Below are positions 39,350-52,928 of a DNA stretch of 64,000 bases, one piece after another. A program made the position numbers and the translations under genes. This DNA comes from Octopus sinensis (Eukaryota). Each line of letters starts with the position of its first letter. Positions within the stretch are counted from its first letter, which is position 1. Where the stretch lies: NCBI RefSeq assembly GCF_006345805.1, contig NC_042998.1, forward strand, positions 132,308,001 to 132,372,000. Reading direction: 5' to 3'. Under the pieces are notes generated by a model. That model made no database searches. It was not told where the DNA came from and saw only the letters and a list, made by a program, of their open reading frames with translations.

Positions 39350-41524
39350 TGTGTGTACTGAAAAGAGATATTTAAAATTGTCTTTCACAACAATACTTTT
39401 CCATGTGAATAAAGAAACTAACTTATTCGTGAGTTTACAGCTGTGAATCTTACTGTTCTTGTCGGTGGTGGTGGTGGTAGTACTTAGTATTATTAGTAGT
39501 AGTAGTGTTGGTGGTAGTAGTGGTGGTAAGATCCCCCTCCCTCCCTCTCTCTCTATTTTATACATAGTTTGACCTAACTATGCGAAGGCTCGTCTTATTT
39601 TATCTGTTTGTTTAGCTGACTCTATCTACCTCTGCTCTTTTATCTATCTTGTCTATATCAGTCAGTCTATGTTATGTTAATAGATGACCTACCGGCCTAC
39701 CTGCTGTTTGTTTGTATGTCTATTAGTTTATCTATCGGCCCGTCCGTCTGTCTGTCTCTGTATTCTTTATGTATTAGAATGTGTATTTAGCTGTCTTTTT
39801 TTTTTTTATGGTGTACCTTACTGTCCACTTGCGTTGTCTATGTGACGATATATTTGCATGGTTTTAACTATTAGACGGTATGTGTGTTTCTTTGGCCTAA
39901 CTATTATTGGTAGAGTTAGTGAGACTGTTTGTATGATTTGTGATTTTTCACGTAGCCGTTTTAGAACTCTCTCTATCTGTGTGTCTGACTATATGAGTGT
40001 ATACGTCGTATATAAGAATGTACACGCGCATGTGTGTATATTCAACTGTCTACATATACACACACACATACATACACACATACATAGAAACTTACATACA
40101 TCATACATACATACATACACCTTACCGTTTCCGGGCCATTACAAAATGGCGCTTAAGCGATTCTACACGTGTTATAACTTTCCCCCCTCTCTATTTCATT
40201 ACATTCTTTCTCACCCCCCTGCCCCGTCCATTTTATTCTTGTTCTTTTACTTGAATAACTTACGTCCGAAACGTTAGTGCCATTTCTCCCTCCCCCCTCC
40301 ATCCCCATTTTTTAAACCTAATAAAAGGAACTCTTGCTTGCGTGAAGTTATTTTCATTTTATATCACTTTATTTTCATTATTTCATTTTCACATTCGCAC
40401 AAGCATATATACACCCATTCTTCTCTGTCCGTGTGTGTGTGTGTGTGTTTGTGTGTATATATATATATATATAATTTCGGCGTACACAAGTGAAGTAGTA
40501 GATTAAAATAATAATCTGTGTACCATATAAACACTGGAAGGCGTGACCCGGTGAATTTTATGTGAGAGTTCTCTTCAGAAACGTGTTAAAAACACGATAC
40601 ATATCGAAGTGATATGCATGTCTATGAAGGTTATTTTCTTTCTGACAAAAGCCACAGCTTTCTACCTTTCAACGGTGTATGTACGTCGGGGTATAGGCAG
40701 ATGGCTCTCTCTCCTCCCCGTCTGCCCCATATGTGTGTTATAATTAAAGTTTAGATTTAAATTTAAACTGCGTTTTGGGTATGTCCTTGGGCGTCGAAAC
40801 GATCGTCGTGATAAATAAAGTTTCCAGTATATTACATCTTGGTACTAATTGTTTCTACTATATTTGCGCCTATACGTGCACGCCAATAATATGGCGCTAA
40901 TATGAGTGAGATCGGACAAGATCACGAAGCTAGGAAGACAAAAAACAATTAAAATACATTTAGATACACACGAAAGGGTAGTCAACGATGTTACAACCGT
41001 AACCCCTCCGTCTTTTTCGGGTGGGGTATGTATCTAGAACTACTTTATTCTATGTCATTGCCCTGTTTTGGTTTTTGAAGACGGGAGTGATTTGAGGGAA
41101 TGTGATGGCCGCTATAAGTTCTAACCCTAGGTCAGACATGCATGATTAGAACACTGATGAAAGGCGTTCCAGCTGTCAACATCCCGTTTTATTTTCTTTT
41201 GTGTGTGTCATTAGATCCTATGCCAACATTGCGGTGGTGGAAAGAGCTCTGGTGGTTTTTTTGATGGTTGAAAACGGTGGCACTGATGGTTTTGGTTGAT
41301 GGTGGTGACGGTGCTGTTCAGTGTGGCGACGATGTTGCTGGCGATAGCAATGCTGGTGGTAGTGGTGTCGGTGGTCGGAAGGGAGGGGGGTGGGTGATTT
41401 CCAAAGTGGTTGCGGTAGTGAATTTTAGATGGGAGTGAGTGGGTGGATGGGATGGTGCCAGTGTATGGTGTTGGTACTTCTCATGTTGCCCGTTGATCTT
41501 TAATGTATTGTATACGTGCACGCC

Positions 41525-41624
41525 TGTATGTATATATGTACGTGTGTATGTATATATATATATATATATGTATGTATATGTGTATGTATATGTATGTATG
41601 TATGTATGTAATATATATGTATGC

Positions 41625-41660
<36 letters not shown>

Positions 41661-41804
41661 GTATATATATGTATGTATATATATATATCCATAGTTTGTG
41701 TATGTATATGTATTTGTGTGTGTATATATATATATCTGTGTGTGTGTGTGAGAGAGTTCATGAGATTGCGTGTATGTGTGTACGCTCACATATAAGCGTG
41801 CGCG

Positions 41805-41836
<32 letters not shown>
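41525..41836. repeat. Compound (TA)/(TATG)/(TG) microsatellite
   Basis: Directly visible. Confidence 0.9.
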
Positions 41837-41838
<2 letters not shown>

Positions 41839-42269
41839 GTTGAGTTTCTTTGTAGTGTGAAATGGCATTTAACCTCCTAACCACCTCCCTTGCATCCCAC
41901 ACAACAATACCACCAACCAACCAAACCCAACAACCCCTTCCTGCAAGCTGTAATGTTGTCCTCACCACCGCCGCCACTGCCTCCATCGCCACCAGTGCCT
42001 CTAACAATACCATTATGAAAATGTTAACCTTAATTTCATTACACATCCACTAATTGGTATTAAAACCATGTTAATAAGGGTCGCGTGTGATGTCACAAAA
42101 TTCTGTTCCGCTTTCGTCACCAGGTGTCACCAAAATGTGGTGTTCCCACGTAACACTTTTGCGCTTGTAATTATTGGTATTGATGATGAAACTGCGACGA
42201 TGCTAATGATGATGTTGACGAGGAGGGGGAGGGATGAGATGCTGACTACTACTACTACTGATGATGATG

Positions 42270-42680
42270 ATGATGATAATTTTGACACAAAACCAGCTCT
42301 TTTGCATGAAGAGACTAGACGAATTACATTGTCTCCAGTATGCAACTGGTACTTAATTTATCGACCCCGAAAGGATGAAAGGCAAAGTCAAAGTCAACCT
42401 CGGCGGAATTTGAACTCAGAACGTAGCGGCAGACGAAAGACCGCTAAGCATTTTTCGCCTGGCGTGCTCACGATTCTGTCAGCTCGCTGCCTTCTTGATA
42501 ATAATAATAATGATGATAATGACGATAATAAAATGATAATAATAATAATAATCCTTTCTACTATAGACACAAGGTCTGGATGTTGTGGGGAGGAGGACAG
42601 TCGATCACATCGATGCCAGTACTTAACTGGTATTTAAGTTATCGACCCCAAAAGGATGAAAGACAAAGTTGACCTCCAGA
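42270..42680 (-). mobile_element. Two SINE family B copies (one full at ~42270-42490, one truncated at ~42550-42680)
   Basis: 'atcgaccccgaaaggatgaaaggcaaagtc' core occurs twice, with (GAT)/(AAT) tails. Confidence 0.85.
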
Positions 42681-43424
42681 TCCTTCTTCCTGGAGGCAGC
42701 ATAATAATAATTAACAAAGATACATTATCGCACATTTGAAATAGTAAACCTTCATTGATTAGATCGACTTTGATTGGTGGTGCATAGTATATTGTTAAAT
42801 TTGTTCCAACCACTTGAAGAATTTCAAATTTTCACCAGATTTTTTATTTATTTATTTATTTGATGTAGTTTTTGCATGCTGAGAAAATGATTGTGATCTT
42901 GTTCATCGGTAGACAAAACTACATCAGTGTAGAAGAATAGGAAAATTATTCTGGTGGATTATTGCAGAAAATTCTAGTGGTTGGCAAAAGTGACCGATAG
43001 AATAAGTACTAGGTTTCCAAAGAATAAGTCCTGGGGTCGAGGCCACAGTCAAATGACTGAAACAAACAACCCGTATTTATTTTATTGGCCGCGCCCCTAG
43101 CCTGTACAGATGAAAAACAACGTTCCCTCCCTCAGCCGAGATTTGAACTCTGAATCATAAAGCGACATATTTAGATAGCGTATTACACTCGGTCTCTCCT
43201 GTACCCCGTCGTTTGTGCTGTATCACTCTGACCAACACTACTTCCACCTCCAGCCACTACCTTGGGAATAATATTTTTCTTTGGCTCAAGGCTAGAAATG
43301 TTTAAGTGGGAGGCATGTATATGTTTCATTGAGCTGACCTCAGCGTATTACTGGTATATACATTCGTATAGTACTTGGAGTGATGAAAGTAAGCTAGACT
43401 TAGACAATACATACATACATACAT

Positions 43425-43473
<49 letters not shown>

Positions 43474-44189
43474 AACGCGCGCACACACACACCTATACAC
43501 ACAATATGCGTTAGTGTGTTAGATATAAATTTATAGACGACCTAATCGATTCCTAGTTTTCTTCTGGGAATGAAAGGCAATGTCGACTCTCAATGGGGTA
43601 CGAACTTTGAACGTGAAGGAACAAACGTAACTAAAATACAAGACATCTTATCTGGCGCCCTTTAGACTGGTTCTGTCGTCTTTAGGAATTCTAGAAATAA
43701 CAACCAAATCTTCTTAAATACATTATGCATGAAGAAGGGTGGAGAACGACTGGGTTGTTCCGGGAGTGTTTCTCTAAACAAATATCTAAATCTAGGTGGA
43801 GATCCATCCATCCATCCATTTAGGTCATCCCACAGGACGCTCCAAGACTGTTTCCACACGTTTTCCACATTCATTTCGATCTTCCACAATGGCCCTCAGC
43901 TCCTGGTGGAGAATGGGGTTGTAATCGATTGACTCACTTCATCGAAACCCAAAAGAACAATAAGCAAACTGGGGCTTAGGCGGTGGGATGTGAGCTGAGG
44001 GTGATTTGCAGAGAGACATAGTTAAAAAAAAAATTTATGTCTTGGCGCTTTACCATCAAACGCCGTCCTGTACTGGGTACGGAAAATGATGAAGTCGGGG
44101 AAACATTGAATTGTCTAAGACTATGCTTGGTATGTGTGTGAGTTTTAAAGGCAATAAAGAATTAAAAAAAAAAACATAGGTAAGATATT

Positions 44190-44589
44190 AGGCGCAGGAG
44201 TGGCTGTGTGGTAAGTAGCTTGCTTACGAACCACATGGTTCCGGGTTCAGTCCCACTGCGTGGCATCTTGGGCAAGTGTCTTCTGCTATAGCCCCGGGCC
44301 GACCAATGCCTTGTGAGTGGATTTGGTAGACGGAAACTGAAAGAAGCCTGTCGTATATATATATATGTGTGTGTATATGTTTGTGTGTCTGTGTTTGTCC
44401 CCCTAGCATTGCTTAACAACCGATGCTGGTGTGTTTACGTCCCCGTCACTTAGCGGTTCGGCAAAAGAGACCTATAGAATAAGTACTGGGCTTACAAAAG
44501 AATAAGTCCCGGGGTCGAGTTGCTCGATTAAAGGTGGTGCTCCAGCATGGCCGCAGTCAAATGACTGAAACAAGTAAAAGAGTAAAGAG
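44190..44589 (+). mobile_element. Full-length, near-consensus SINE family A
   Basis: A-box TGGCTGTGTGG, B-box GGTTCAGTCCC, central (TA)(TG)n, tail 'caagtaaaagagtaaagag'. All CpGs are retained. Confidence 0.95.
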
Positions 44590-45569
44590 TATTGTGTAAA
44601 ATAATATTATCATTGAGACCACGTATTAGGGTGGGTGATAGTCAATTTAGTTAGTTGTTCTTATCCTGAGAAATACCAGTTCCTCCGCTACCAACAAGGT
44701 ATTAGGGAAAATTTTGAACGCCCCTCTTTTTATTAAGAAGATAAAATATTGTTTGCATCCAAACTTTTCATAGCCATGATGTTGGGCAAGTTAAAGCAAT
44801 TTGAAAAACATGCAATTTGTCCGTCCCACCCTTTTTTCAGTCCTCATAGTTGCGCCATCGCCGCTATGAGGAAAAACGATTTGATTGCCAAAATGAAAAA
44901 ACTTGAGCCTCACAGAATTATAATTGAAACCATAAAGGGACGTAACTAAATATACTACATGGCATTTGGTCTCTTTAGGTGATCTAACGTTTCTTTTAAA
45001 GGTTTCTTTTGCAATTCCAATATAAAAGAATGAATGAACGGTAAAATTGTTTACTACTGTTCTTCCACCTTACATATATACCTATGCTTATTCGATACTG
45101 GAGCTTCATTGCGCGTCACTCCGAGTTTCGCGATGCGACTTCTACATGTTCTGATGAATACTTTTTTCTCGTTGATACGCGCGCGTGTGAGTGTGTAACT
45201 ATGTAAACACACTCGAAAGTGAACCGTAAAACAATAATGGTAGAATATTATTTGCCAAAAAATAAATAAGTAAATTAAAAAAAAAAAAAAAAATGTAAAA
45301 CCTCATCTAAACAAAAACTAAACTACAGCAGTTCAGCTAGATTCCCTCCTTCTGTAATTCTCTATCGCCGTTTGGCCATTTCGGTTCCACCTTCCTTATT
45401 ATCTCTTTCAGCCGCTTCGTTCTAGCTTGCGTTAGCTGCTGCTCTGGCTGCTAGCTTGATGATACGCCTAGTTAAATAGCGCTACTTGCAAAATATTCCT
45501 CGATTCATGTCAGTAGTGCTTTTACTAATATAACAGGGTCAAGCTTGCCAAGCACTTTCTCCTTCCATT

Positions 45570-46104
45570 TACACAGCCATCCTCTCTCCATCTCTCTCTC
45601 TCTCTCTTTCTTGCAATAGCTTTAGTTTCTTGGCTCTTACTCTTTCACTTATTATCTTTCTCTCGCGCTCTCTCTCTCTCTCTCGCTCTTTCGTCCACAA
45701 CGACGTTTTCGATCGCCCATCCTCTTATTGACTATTTCCATTCTCTCTCTTCTCTCTCTCTCTCTCTCCTCTCCTCTCTCTCTCTTTCTCAGGGTTTCGT
45801 TCGATTGCGAGCACTGCATTTATCATTTGTGCTGCTGTCGATTCATCTCTCTCGCAATTTTCATTATCATACGTTTTACTCTTTCCTCCCATCCTCTCTT
45901 TGATTTTTTTCACCGTTTCTCATTGAATATTCTTCATTCTCTGTCTCTCTCTTTCTCTCTCTCTCTCAAAATCTTTCGATGGTCTGTTTCTTTCTTTTTG
46001 TGAAGCTATCGCTCTCAGATTTTCTTTTTTCTATCATTTTCATTTTCACCCATTCTCTCATTCTTTCTTCTTTGACTCTCTCTCTCTTTCTCTCAATTCT
46101 CTTT

Positions 46105-46152
<48 letters not shown>

Positions 46153-46800
46153 CTTGTTTCACTAAACTCCCAAAACAATCAAATACCCTCTTACTTTCAT
46201 CTTCTCTCAATAACACGCTTTCGATCTACCTCTCTCTTTGTATTTCCTCCTTTCTTTCTTTCTTTCTTTCTTTTTCACTCCTCACACTCTTCCTCCTGCA
46301 TACTTTCCATTTTCCTATTAGTTCATTTCTTCTTCACTCACTTAATCTCTCACTCTCTCTCTTTTATTCCCTCATATTCTCCCTCTCCAAAACACATGTA
46401 TATTTCCTTTTTCACTCTCCTATCTTTCCATCGTTTCTCTTTTTTACTCATTCTCTCTCTTTATACACACAATCGTTTGTCTTTTATCTTTCTCACTGTT
46501 TCGTATACACCCACAACTGTACACACATCCACGTGTCATCCTCTCTCACTTTCACACACAAAAATGTGTCCTTTTTTCTTTTTTCTTCCTCTGTCCTCCA
46601 CTTCTCTCTCTCTCTCTCTCACGCTTTTCTCACGCCTTCTTTCTCTTCACTAAATGTCTTATTTTTCTTTCCTTCTCACGTTCGATCTACGATAATTGAT
46701 TTCTCATATTCTACTGTTTTATTATATTTTATATTTTAACCATTCATATATTTCAGTTTTCTCTCTCTCTCTCCACCCGCCTATCCACCCACCCATCTAT
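45570..46800. repeat. Long polypyrimidine/(CT)n-rich tract
   Basis: About 1.2 kb, overwhelmingly C/T on +. Repeated at ~48410-49630. Confidence 0.9.
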
Positions 46801-46900
46801 NNNNNNNNNNNNNNNNNNNNNNNNNNNNNNNNNNNNNNNNNNNNNNNNNNNNNNNNNNNNNNNNNNNNNNNNNNNNNNNNNNNNNNNNNNNNNNNNNNNN
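46801..46900. other. Assembly gap (100 N)
   Basis: Exactly 100 N, the conventional unknown-size gap. Confidence 1.
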
Positions 46901-48959
46901 CGCTTTAACATCAAACGCCGTCCTGTACTGGGTACGAAAATGGATGAAGTCGGAGAAACATTGAATTGTCTAAGACTATGCTTTGGTATGTGTGTGAGTT
47001 TTAAAGGCAATAATATAAAAAAAAACAAGGTAAGATATTAGGCGCAGGAGTGGCTGTGTGGTAGTAGCTTGCTTACGAACCACATGGTTCCGGGTTTCAG
47101 TCCCACTGCGTGGCATCTTGGGCAAGTGTCTTCTGCTATAGCCCCGGGCCGACCAATGCCTTGTGAGTGGATTTGGTAGACGGAAACTGAAGACCTGTCG
47201 TTATATATATATGTGTGTGTATATGTTTGTGTGTCTGTGTTTGTCCCCTACATTGCTTAACAACCGATGCTGGTGTGTTACGGGTCCCCGTCACTTAGCG
47301 GTTCGGCCAAAGAGATCTATAGAATAAGTACTGGGCTTACAAAAGAATAAGTCCCGGGGTCTAGTTGCTCGATTAAAGGTGGTGCTCCAGCATGGCCGCA
47401 TTCAAATGACTGAAACAGTAAAAGAGTAAGAGTATTGTGTAAAATAATATTATCATTGAGACCCACGTATTAGGGTGGGTGATAAGTCAATTTAGTTAGT
47501 TGTTCTTATCCTGAGAAATCCAGTTCCTCCGCTACCAACAAGGTATTGGGAAAATTTTGAACGCCCCTCTTTTTATTAAGAGATAAAATATTGTTTGCAT
47601 CCAACCTTTTCATAGCCATGATGTTGGGCAAGTTAAGCACTTTGAAAAACATCCAATTTGTCCGTCCCACCCTTTTTTCAGTCCTCATAGTTGGCCCAGC
47701 TCCGCGCCGCTATGAGGAAAAACGATTTGATTGCCAAAATGAAAAAACTTGAGCCTCACAGAATTATAATTGAAACCATAAAGGGACGTAACTAAATATA
47801 CTACATGGCATTTGGTCTCTTTAGGTGATCTAACGTTTCTTTTAAAGGTTTCTTTTGCAATTCCAATATAAAAGAATGAATGAACGGTAAAATTGTTTAC
47901 TACTGTTCTTCCACCTTACATATATACCTATGCTTATTCGATACTGGAGCTTCATTGCGCGTCACTCCGAGTTTCGCGATGCGACTTCTACATGTTCTGA
48001 TGAATACTTTTTTCTCGTTGATACGCGCGCGTGTGAGTGTGTAACTATGTAAACACACTCGAAAGTGAACCGTAAAACAATAATGGTAGAATATTATTTG
48101 CCAAAAAATAAATAAGTAAATTAAAAAAAAAAAAAAAGATGTAAAACCTCATCTAAACAAAAACTAAACTACAGCAGTTCAGCTAGATTCCCTCCTTCTG
48201 TAATTCTCTATCGCCGTTTGGCCATTTCGGTTCCACCTTCCTTATTATCTCTTTCAGCCGCTTCGTTCTAGCTTGCGTTAGCTGCTGCTCTGGCTGCTAG
48301 CTTGATGATACGCCTAGTTAAATAGCGCTACTTGCAAAATATTCCTCGATTCATGTCAGTAGTGCTTTTACTAATATAACAGGGTCAAGCTTGCCAAGCA
48401 CTTTCTCCTTCCATTTACACAGCCATCCTCTCTCCATCTCTCTCTCTCTCTCTCTTTCTTGCAATAGCTTTAGTTTTTTGGCTCTTACTCTTTCACTTAT
48501 TATCTTTCTCTCGCTCTCTCTCTCTCTCTCTCGCTCTTTCGTCCACAACGACGTTTTCGATCGCCCATCCTCTTATTGACTATTTCCATTCTCTCTCTTC
48601 TCTCTCTCTCCACTCTCTCCTCTCCTCTCTCTCTCTTCTCCTCAGGGTTGTCGTTCGATTGCGAGCACTGCATTTATCATTTGTGCTGCTGTCGATTCAT
48701 CTCTCTCGCAATTTTCATTATCATACGTTTTACTCTTTCCTCCCATCCTCTCTTTGATTTTTTTCACCGTTTCTCATTGAATATTCTTCATTCTCTGTCC
48801 TTCTCTTTCTCTCTCTCTCTCTCAAAATCTTTCGATGGTCTGTTTCTTTCTTTTTGTCAGCTATCGCTCTCAGATTTTCTTTTTTCTATCATTTTCATTT
48901 TCACCCATTCTCTCATTCTTTCTTCTTTGACTCTCTCTCTCTTTCTCTCAATTCTCTTT

Positions 48960-49007
<48 letters not shown>

Positions 49008-49657
49008 CTTGTTTCACTAAACTCCCAAAACAATCAAATACCCTCTTACTTTCATCTTCTCTCAATAACACGCTTTCGATCTACCTCTCTCTTTGTATTT
49101 CCTCCTTCCTTTCTTTCTTTCTTTCTTTTTCACTCCTCACACTCTTCCTCCTGCATACTTTCCATTTTCCTATTAGTTCATTTCTTCTTCACTCACTTAA
49201 TCTCTCACTCTCTCTCTTTTATTCCCTCATATTCTCCCTCTCCAAAACACATGTATATTTCCTTTTTCACTCTCCTATCTTTCCATCGTTTCTCTTTTTT
49301 ACTCATTCTCTCTCTTTATACACAATCGTTTGTCTTTTATCTTTCTCACTGTTTCGTATACACCCACAACTGTACACACATCCACGTGTCATCCTCTCTC
49401 ACTTTCACACACAAAAATGTGTCCTTTTTTCTTTTTTCTTCCTCTGTCCTCCACTTCTCTCTCTCTCTCTCTCCACGCCTTTTCTCCAGCACGCCTTCTT
49501 TCTCTCACTAAATGTCTTATTTTTCCTTTCCTTCCACGTTCGATCTACGATAATTGATTTCTCATATTCTACTGTTTTATATATTTTATATTTTAACCAT
49601 TATATATTTCAGTTTTCTCTCTCTCTCTCCCACCCGCCTATCCACCCACCCATCTAT
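46901..49657 (+). repeat. Copy 2 of the duplication (includes a SINE A copy at ~47040-47432)
   Basis: Nearly identical to 44046-46800. Differences are mostly 1-nt indels. Confidence 0.95.
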
Positions 49658-49799
49658 CCATCTATCTATCTATCTATCCATCTATCTATCTATCTATCCA
49701 TCTATCTATCTATCTATCCATCTATCTATCTATCTATCCATCTATCTATCCATCTATCTATCTATCTATCCATCTATCTATCCATCTATCTATCTATCC

Positions 49800-49832
<33 letters not shown>

Positions 49833-49833
49833 C

Positions 49834-49912
<79 letters not shown>
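49652..49912. repeat. (CTAT)n tetranucleotide microsatellite with CCAT interruptions
   Basis: Directly visible. Confidence 0.95.
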
Positions 49913-49913
<1 letters not shown>

Positions 49914-50394
49914 TCTCGTTCTCTCTCTACATTCTTTCTCTTTCTCCATTACCTTTTTCTCTATTATTTACTTTTTTTTTTACCTTTTTTATCCTGATAA
50001 TTAAACCGAACTGTTTAAAAGAAAATAGGATACAGATTGTAATCGTTTAATTAGCGAACTAAGAAGCCATGCATTTATGTGAAAAAACAAAGTGGGATGC
50101 TTAATGCCTTTCTCAAAGACCAAAAATATTTCAAAGCGATTCTTATTTTATCAATCTCTCTGTCGAATCGCTGAGTAACAGAAACGGTAGGATCTTACTA
50201 ATGTAATATAAATAAGGTAAAAAAAAAACTTCGCTTACCTGAGATTATCTAAGTAATTTATAGACAAAACCTTCCTGTATAGGTGTTTAAGATCTGAGGA
50301 AAGAAACTATACATGGGAGATAACTCCAATATGATCAGTTATTCGAAATTTTTTAGAGAATATTGGTAATACAGATTGGAGTGGATTTGGTTCT

Positions 50395-50770
50395 GAGTTT
50401 TCAGTCATTTGGCTGCAGCCATGCTGGGGCACCGCCTTGAAGGTTTTAAACCGAACGACTCCATCCCAGTACTTATTCTGTCAGTCACTTATGCCAAACT
50501 GCTATGGGAACATAAACAAAGCAGCATCGGTTTTCAAGCGGTGGTGGTGGACAAATGCTGAGCAGACATGCACAACTACATGTAAATGTGCACTCACACA
50601 CACACACACCACACACACACACAACCGGGTATATCAGTTGCTGTCTACGAAATCTACTCCCAAGGCTGGGGGTTATGCTAGAAGACATTTTCCCAAGGTG
50701 CCATGCTGTGAGACTGAACCCAGAACTATGTGGTATGCGAAGCAAGTTTCTTACCACACAACCACGCCGG
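50395..50770 (-). mobile_element. SINE family A (decayed)
   Basis: 'ttcagtcatttggctgcagccatgctggggcaccgcc...ccaaggtgccatgctgtgagactgaaccc..ttaccacacaaccacgcc'. Confidence 0.85.
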
Positions 50771-51469
50771 TTTATTTAATTAAGAAAATAGATTGTTGTC
50801 GTTCTATCTAATTCTTTACCACTAGCACCGTCACCCATACGAGGGAGCCTTCGCGTGGAAGCTTGATATACCAGAGAAAGCAGCCGAATATCTCTCGAAT
50901 CAAACCCTGCCGTCTTAAGGAAGGAAAGAAAGATCATTAAAAAAAAAAAAAACGGCGATGACTCTGGCTGCAATACGAACCATTCTTTCCTCTTATGTTT
51001 GGTCTCTCTTATAATTATTTTCATTGGTTCTCAAACCAACCACGTCGATCCTCACTTCACCTTTTTATCTAATCTCTCACTATTTCAATTCTTCCAAAAC
51101 GTATTATGCTCCCTTCCTTTATTTCTACCGGCTTGTCATTCATTCCATCAGTTCTGCTTGCCATTCGTATTTCTCTCTTCTTTTCTTTCCGATGGATAGA
51201 TGTATGCATGACTATGTTTTGTGTGTGTTCACAATATTGTGTGTATTCTGCAATATTTCCAACATCATCTCTTCACCATGCTCCCACCGCTAGCGCCTCC
51301 GTCTTCTTTTCTGTTACCCACATCCTTATTTTCTTTCTTCTTTCCCCTTTTAGACATTATTTTTTCACGTAGTCATCCGAGTGTAAACATCTCCCTTTCC
51401 ACTTACACACACATCTTTTTATTGCAGTCACTGGACAGCGGTCATGTTGGGGTGCTTGCTTTATAATGT

Positions 51470-51803
51470 ATGTATATAATAAAATATTAGGGAATAAATC
51501 CAAACTTACAGGGAAAAATCAGATTTAAGATTAAATCCAATTTTATAGTATAAATATATTATATTATATTAAATTAGAGATAAAACCACTATTAAGCAAA
51601 TAAAACAATGAAAAACATAAGCCAATACATAAAATTATTAATTTATATTATTTTAAATATATATCAAAAGTATTAAAGTTTAATAATAAACTTTTAATAC
51701 TTTTGATATATATTTAAAAATATAAATTAATAATTTTATGTATTGGCTTATGTTTTTCATTGTTTTATTTGCTTAATAGTGGTTTTATCTCTAATTTAAT
51801 ATA
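51470..51803. repeat. AT-rich foldback element, copy 2 (~115-bp near-perfect arms)
   Basis: 51565-51803 is a palindrome with a 4-nt loop (gttta-ataa-taaac) and only two small indels between the arms. The unique flank is 51470-51565. Confidence 0.95.
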
Positions 51804-51804
51804 T

Positions 51805-51922
51805 ATATATATATATCATATAGGCAATATTCATATATATATATATATATATATATTAATATATAATATATATATATATCATATAGGCAATATATATATA
51901 TATAATATATATCATATAGGCA

Positions 51923-51956
<34 letters not shown>

Positions 51957-52169
51957 GATAATATCATATAGGCCAATATATATATATATATATATATATA
52001 TCATATAGGCAATATATATATATCATATAGGCATATATATATATATATATAATATATAGGCAATTATATATATATCATATAGGCAATATATATATATCAT
52101 ATAGGCAATATATTATATATCATATAGGCAATATATATATATCATATAGGCAATATATATATTATATAT

Positions 52170-52206
<37 letters not shown>

Positions 52207-52813
52207 TATAGGCAATATATATAATATATATTATATCATATAGGCATTATATATATTATATATATATATATCATATAGGCTAATATATATATATTATATA
52301 TATATCATATAGGCAATATATATATATATATATATATAGACTATTATATTATATATATATATATAATATATCATATAGACTAAATATATATATATATATC
52401 ATATAGACCAGTGATTCCCAAGGTGGGGCGTACGCCCCACTGGTGGGGCCTGAGAAAATTCAGGTGGGGCGCGGGGCATAGACGTGGGCTGTGAAAATAT
52501 TTGTACATGACGAGCGGTCATCGCGGGCACAACCTTAGATTTACATGTACTTGTAAATGTGAGTGGACATGGAAAAAGGTGGGGCGTAAAAACTTTTGCT
52601 ATGAAAAAGTGGGGCGCCGGGAAAAAAGGTTGGGAAACACTGATATAGACTATATATATATATATTATATATCATATAGACTATATATATATCATATAGA
52701 CTATATATATATATCATATAGACTATATATATATATATCATATAGAATATATATATATATCATATAGACTATATATATATATATCATATAGACTATATAT
52801 ATATATATATCAT

Positions 52814-52852
<39 letters not shown>

Positions 52853-52880
52853 TATAGATATATATATATATATCATATAG

Positions 52881-52928
<48 letters not shown>

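Larger units (their letters stand above)
44046..46800 (+). repeat. Copy 1 of ~2.75-kb direct duplication flanking the gap
   Basis: Begins cgcttta.catcaaacgccgtcctg and ends ccacccacccatctat at the gap. The same sequence recurs at 46901-49657. Confidence 0.95.

Noticed and set aside
42740-42980. Possible mariner C-terminal remnant on the minus strand
   Set aside because: The YSPDLAP..D motif is not recoverable and there are no TIRs.
48576-50050. Longest ORFs in the track (311 aa and 398 aa)
   Set aside because: They are translations of (CT)n/polypyrimidine and (CTAT)n repeats, which lack stop codons by composition. Ser/Leu/Phe/Ile-Tyr low complexity, no domain.
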